Of a DNA stretch of 64,000 nt, positions 60,831 through 64,000 are shown one piece after another. The notes under the pieces were generated by a model that was given only the letters and a program-made list of their open reading frames with translations, was not told where the DNA came from and did not search any database. Numbering within the stretch: the first letter of the stretch is position 1; every line of letters starts with the position of its first letter. The position numbers and the translations under genes are program-made. Source of the stretch: Candidatus Latescibacterota bacterium (GTDB lineage Bacteria; Latescibacterota; UBA2968; GCA-2709665); contig OZ241917.1 of NCBI GenBank assembly GCA_965203805.1, positions 5,408,001-5,472,000 of the forward strand. The letters run 5' to 3'.

Positions 60831-62252
60831 TCAGGGCGTATCGGCATTGGCGTCGGCGCTGCGCCACGTCAGCAAGAGATTGCAGGCCAGCACTGCCGCC
60901 GCCAGCCACCCGAACAGGCCGGAAAGGCCGAATGCGGTCATCGAGACCGGCAACCCGTATGGAACGCGATCCAGAATCTCCGCCAGGAGCAGAGGCGCAA
61001 TGCGGCAGACCGCGGCCGCGGTCGCGAGATAGAATGTGACGGCCACCAGGCCCGGAACGGCCACGCCGCGTTTGTGGAGGAAGCCGGGTACCATTCGAGG
61101 CGCCATCCCAAGGAGAAGGAGGGTGATGAACCCCGCGAGATGGGTGTGGCGCAATGCATCGGGGTCGAAGGGAGAGGGGAGTCGAAACAGAGCCAGCGCG
61201 CCATCCAGCAGTTCGGCCGCAGCGGCGAGGGACAGGAAGACGAACGCGGCGTAGAGAAGGCGCTCGAACCGGCCGAACTCCCCGTAGTCCGGCAGGCCCG
61301 GACGCGTGGGACGCCTGTCGGGACCGGGTTCGCCGATACGATTTACGGTCCAGGGAGGATACCACCGAAGCAGAACGTCCAGTTTCCAGATGAAGAGAAT
61401 CAGGATGCCGCCTCTCAGGACTTTTCCGATGGGCGAGAGATGTGCCAGCGTGGACGCGAAGGACGTCCCGGCAAGTTGCGCCAGAACGGGCGCGTGGATC
61501 AGAATGAGCGCGACCAGATAGACCTGACCGTACCGGGCGACGGGCCAGCGGACGGCCGGCAGGCGCAGGTAGAGCGGAAACGTACGGACGGAAAACGCCA
61601 TCGCCGTCGGAAGGATGACGAATCCGATGAACAACTCAATGCCGAATCTGTTCCACGCGATGTGCAGAAGCGGGTTGTCGCCAACGCTCGCGTGAACCGC
61701 GAGGGCGCCGGCGAGCAGCGAATACAGTCCCCAACCTGCAATCGCGATCACCAGGAAGATGCGCACTGTGTGGAGGGCGGGGCGATTCGGCGCGGCGCCG
61801 CGTAACGTAACCACCAGCAGCGCGATATAGCAAAAAACGCCCGTGGATTCCAGGAGCGCGCCAACACCGAGCGCCCATCGCAGGCAGTCGTGGATCGGTC
61901 CTTCGGCGCCCGCGGCAAGCAGCGGCTGCGAAACGGCGCGGAGCAGGATGCCGGTTACGAGGAAACGCAGAATCCACGCCGGAAGCCGGGGATAGCGGAG
62001 CGGGGTACCGGCCAGACGGGGCAGGAAGTAGAGGCTGACGCCGATGATGAACAGGCCGATCCAGCCCAGAAGCTGCGCGTGTCCATGCGCCTGGAGCATG
62101 GCGACCCACCAGGCGCCCATGGAGAACTGGAACCCGATCAATACGGCGAGGACAGCCGCATACCCGAACCCGACCGTCAGCGCAATGAAAAGCGAGGCCA
62201 GCACAAAGCCGAAATGGAAATGGGAATGATTGCGATTCGGGGTATCGGACAT
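60831..62252 (-). CDS. NnrS-like multi-pass membrane protein
   Basis: AHGHAQLLGW..G....LPR, DALRH....GF...LLGM..R..P. Confidence 0.65.
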   Translation of the reverse strand: MSDTPNRNHSHFHFGFVLASLFIALTVGFGYAAVLAVLIGFQFSMGAWWVAMLQAHGHAQLLGWIGLFIIGVSLYFLPRLAGTPLRYPRLPAWILRFLVTGILLRAVSQPLLAAGAEGPIHDCLRWALGVGALLESTGVFCYIALLVVTLRGAAPNRPALHTVRIFLVIAIAGWGLYSLLAGALAVHASVGDNPLLHIAWNRFGIELFIGFVILPTAMAFSVRTFPLYLRLPAVRWPVARYGQVYLVALILIHAPVLAQLAGTSFASTLAHLSPIGKVLRGGILILFIWKLDVLLRWYPPWTVNRIGEPGPDRRPTRPGLPDYGEFGRFERLLYAAFVFLSLAAAAELLDGALALFRLPSPFDPDALRHTHLAGFITLLLLGMAPRMVPGFLHKRGVAVPGLVAVTFYLATAAAVCRIAPLLLAEILDRVPYGLPVSMTAFGLSGLFGWLAAAVLACNLLLTWRSADANADTP

Positions 62253-62376
62253 GGTCAATGGAATGGCTTGAGCGTCGCTTGTGCATTTTTCGTAGGGCAA
62301 TGGACCGGTTGCCTGTACTGGTATTTATGCCCGATTTCGAGATTCCGCAACCCTTTTTCCGGGATGAGACAAGAGC

Positions 62377-62546
62377 GGGTAGACGTGAGACGGTAGACGG
62401 TAGATGACACCCTTGCCCGAATGGTTCGTCCGTTATGCCTGCGGCAAGAAATGAATTCGCACCGGGCAATCACATCATCTCACGTCTCATCTCTCCCGTC
62501 TCACCGCCTTTAGGGAATTTGGGGAGATGTGGAAGTTGAAGTTGAC
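62377..62546. repeat. Composite element: heptamer IRs enclosing module B (inverted), followed by GCCTTTAGGGAATTTGGGG module
   Basis: Ends match 17586-17755; interior is reverse complement of the 16.1-16.5 kb unit. Confidence 0.85.
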
Positions 62547-62786
62547 CCTTGGCTTTGCTTAAAGCGGATCGTTGAAAGTGGAGTCTCGGTGTAATATCGT
62601 CTGGTCAAGTTAGTTTGAACCCAGGTCGGCGGAACCGTGTCTTTATTTAATGGCCGTCGCGGCGGACGAGCAGTGGCGTCAATTCGGTGGGTCATAGTGT
62701 TGCGTTACTTCGAGGGTGATTGCGAAACCCACATCCATAGGGGCGCTTGGACAATGCAGGCTTGCACGGGCATCATGGATGCAGTC

Positions 62787-64000
62787 ATGAAACATATCGC
62801 GCTGGGAGTGATACCCGCCCTGCTCCTGCTGAGCCTTGCAGGATGTTCGCCCAATGAAACGGTCACCGTGTCCGGCGCGGTGAGCCGCCCTGGAGACGTG
62901 ACGCATCGCCCGGATTGGGGCGTGCAGGACTACGTGACGGCCGCGGGGGGATTCCTGCCCGAGGCGGATACCGGGCGGGTCGCTCTGGTCCGGCATACGC
63001 GGGACAGCGTGTCCGTCGGGAGGCTTCGGAACGCGGGCACGTGGGCGGTAGAAGACGCGCCGCCCGTCGTATCCGGTGACCTGATCAACGTCCCGTTGAA
63101 GGCATATCGCGTCCGGTTCGATTCCGTGCTCTCGGTAAGGAATCTGCGATTGAAATGGAAGGACCGCGTCTACGTCCTGGATCGCGGCAGAGTAGCGCTC
63201 GGGTCGACCGTGCGCGGGCCCGTGGCGGCGGTGTTCTTCGGAAAGGGCGAAGTGAGGGCGAACGCTCCGGAGGAAACCGCAGGTCCGTTTCAATATCTGT
63301 ACGTGACGATGCATCCGGACGGGCACGGCCTGCTGCGCCATGGGTTTGAAGGGATGGTCCACGATAGAGAAGCGGCGGAGGACGCCGTGGCGCTGCATCG
63401 ATTCATGTCCAGGGCGTCCACGTTCAGGGCCGGCGAGCGGATGCATCTTCCACCCGAAGGCTATCTGCGGGTACAGGCCGGCCTCTGGCTCAGGCCGAAA
63501 AACGCGTCGTACCCCGGCAGAGGGGTACGGAAACGCCATTATAAGGATGGCAGGGTGTGGACGACGTTTCCGGACAGACGGCAGCGTTGGCGGTATCCGG
63601 GCGGCCGGGTGGTGATGCAGTTTCCCGACCGTACCCGGGAAGTGCGCTCTCCGGACGGTTCGGTTCGATTCGAAGATGCGCTGGGAGGCGTACGTACATC
63701 GTATCCGGATGGCAGGGTGGTATTAGAAGACGCCGACGGGAATCGGCACCGGGTGTACAGGGACGGGCGTCAGGAATGGCTGCGCACTTCCGGGAACCGG
63801 ATGACGATATATCCCGATGGACGGCGGGTGCATCGGTTTGCCAGCGGTACGGTGCGCACGGTACATCCCGACGGCATCGAACGGACGGTATTCGCCGACG
63901 GGACCCGGCATGTTCGGTTTCCGGACGGAAAGGTGGAAGTCGCGACGCCCGGCGGGGCGAGAGAGACGCGGTATCCGGATGGAAGCGTTTCTGCAATCAC
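62787..64000 (+). CDS. Lipoprotein with SLBB domain and C-terminal ~9-aa PDG beta-repeats; 3' truncated by window and absent from ORF track
   Basis: Manual translation: MKHIALGVIPALLLLSLAGC lipobox, VTVSGAVSRPG...DYVTAAGG, then YPDGRVV/HPDGIER/FPDGKVE repeats; no stop seen to window end. Confidence 0.8.
   Translation, partial: MKHIALGVIPALLLLSLAGCSPNETVTVSGAVSRPGDVTHRPDWGVQDYVTAAGGFLPEADTGRVALVRHTRDSVSVGRLRNAGTWAVEDAPPVVSGDLINVPLKAYRVRFDSVLSVRNLRLKWKDRVYVLDRGRVALGSTVRGPVAAVFFGKGEVRANAPEETAGPFQYLYVTMHPDGHGLLRHGFEGMVHDREAAEDAVALHRFMSRASTFRAGERMHLPPEGYLRVQAGLWLRPKNASYPGRGVRKRHYKDGRVWTTFPDRRQRWRYPGGRVVMQFPDRTREVRSPDGSVRFEDALGGVRTSYPDGRVVLEDADGNRHRVYRDGRQEWLRTSGNRMTIYPDGRRVHRFASGTVRTVHPDGIERTVFADGTRHVRFPDGKVEVATPGGARETRYPDGSVSAI

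Noticed and set aside
62590-62775. Riboswitch or 6S-like RNA upstream of the SLBB lipoprotein
   Set aside because: No cobalamin-riboswitch core or convincing long stem could be identified by eye; needs an Rfam scan

Overview
GC-rich bacterial DNA; an FCB-superphylum (Latescibacterota/Gemmatimonadota-like) origin is inferred from gene order and the FlgD-type C-terminal domain, not proven. (1) 1-15.9 kb: housekeeping run of lamin-tail protein, ftsK, lolA, frameshifted prfB, lysS, lolD, clpC, bamA, skp and fabZ, with lolC/E and lpx genes missing from their usual slots. (2) 16-21.8 kb: an aapJQMP amino-acid ABC operon bracketed and interrupted by mosaic repeats, including a ~100-bp tandem array. 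(3) 21.8-34.1 kb: a DMFase-like gene, then an AT-richer decaying island (Yip1, ABC permease, TPR, CPBP protease, gene remnants) with one IS3, one complete and one truncated IS21, and a 49-bp exact copy of DMFase-gene sequence. (4) 34.3-64 kb: catabolic genes separated by the same modular repeats: solA-like oxidase, two UxuA-like, three Gfo/Idh/MocA, heparinase II/III, two aldo/keto reductases, amidohydrolase plus Rieske, Co-type nitrile hydratase, two PhyH dioxygenases, B12 radical SAM, NnrS-like and an SLBB lipoprotein. Best leads: a PhyH enzyme with a halogenase-type HxG motif upstream of the nitrile hydratase; a family of modular composite intergenic elements; and a 30-33-bp palindromic element that inserts in frame and into itself. 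No rRNA, tRNA or CRISPR array was found.
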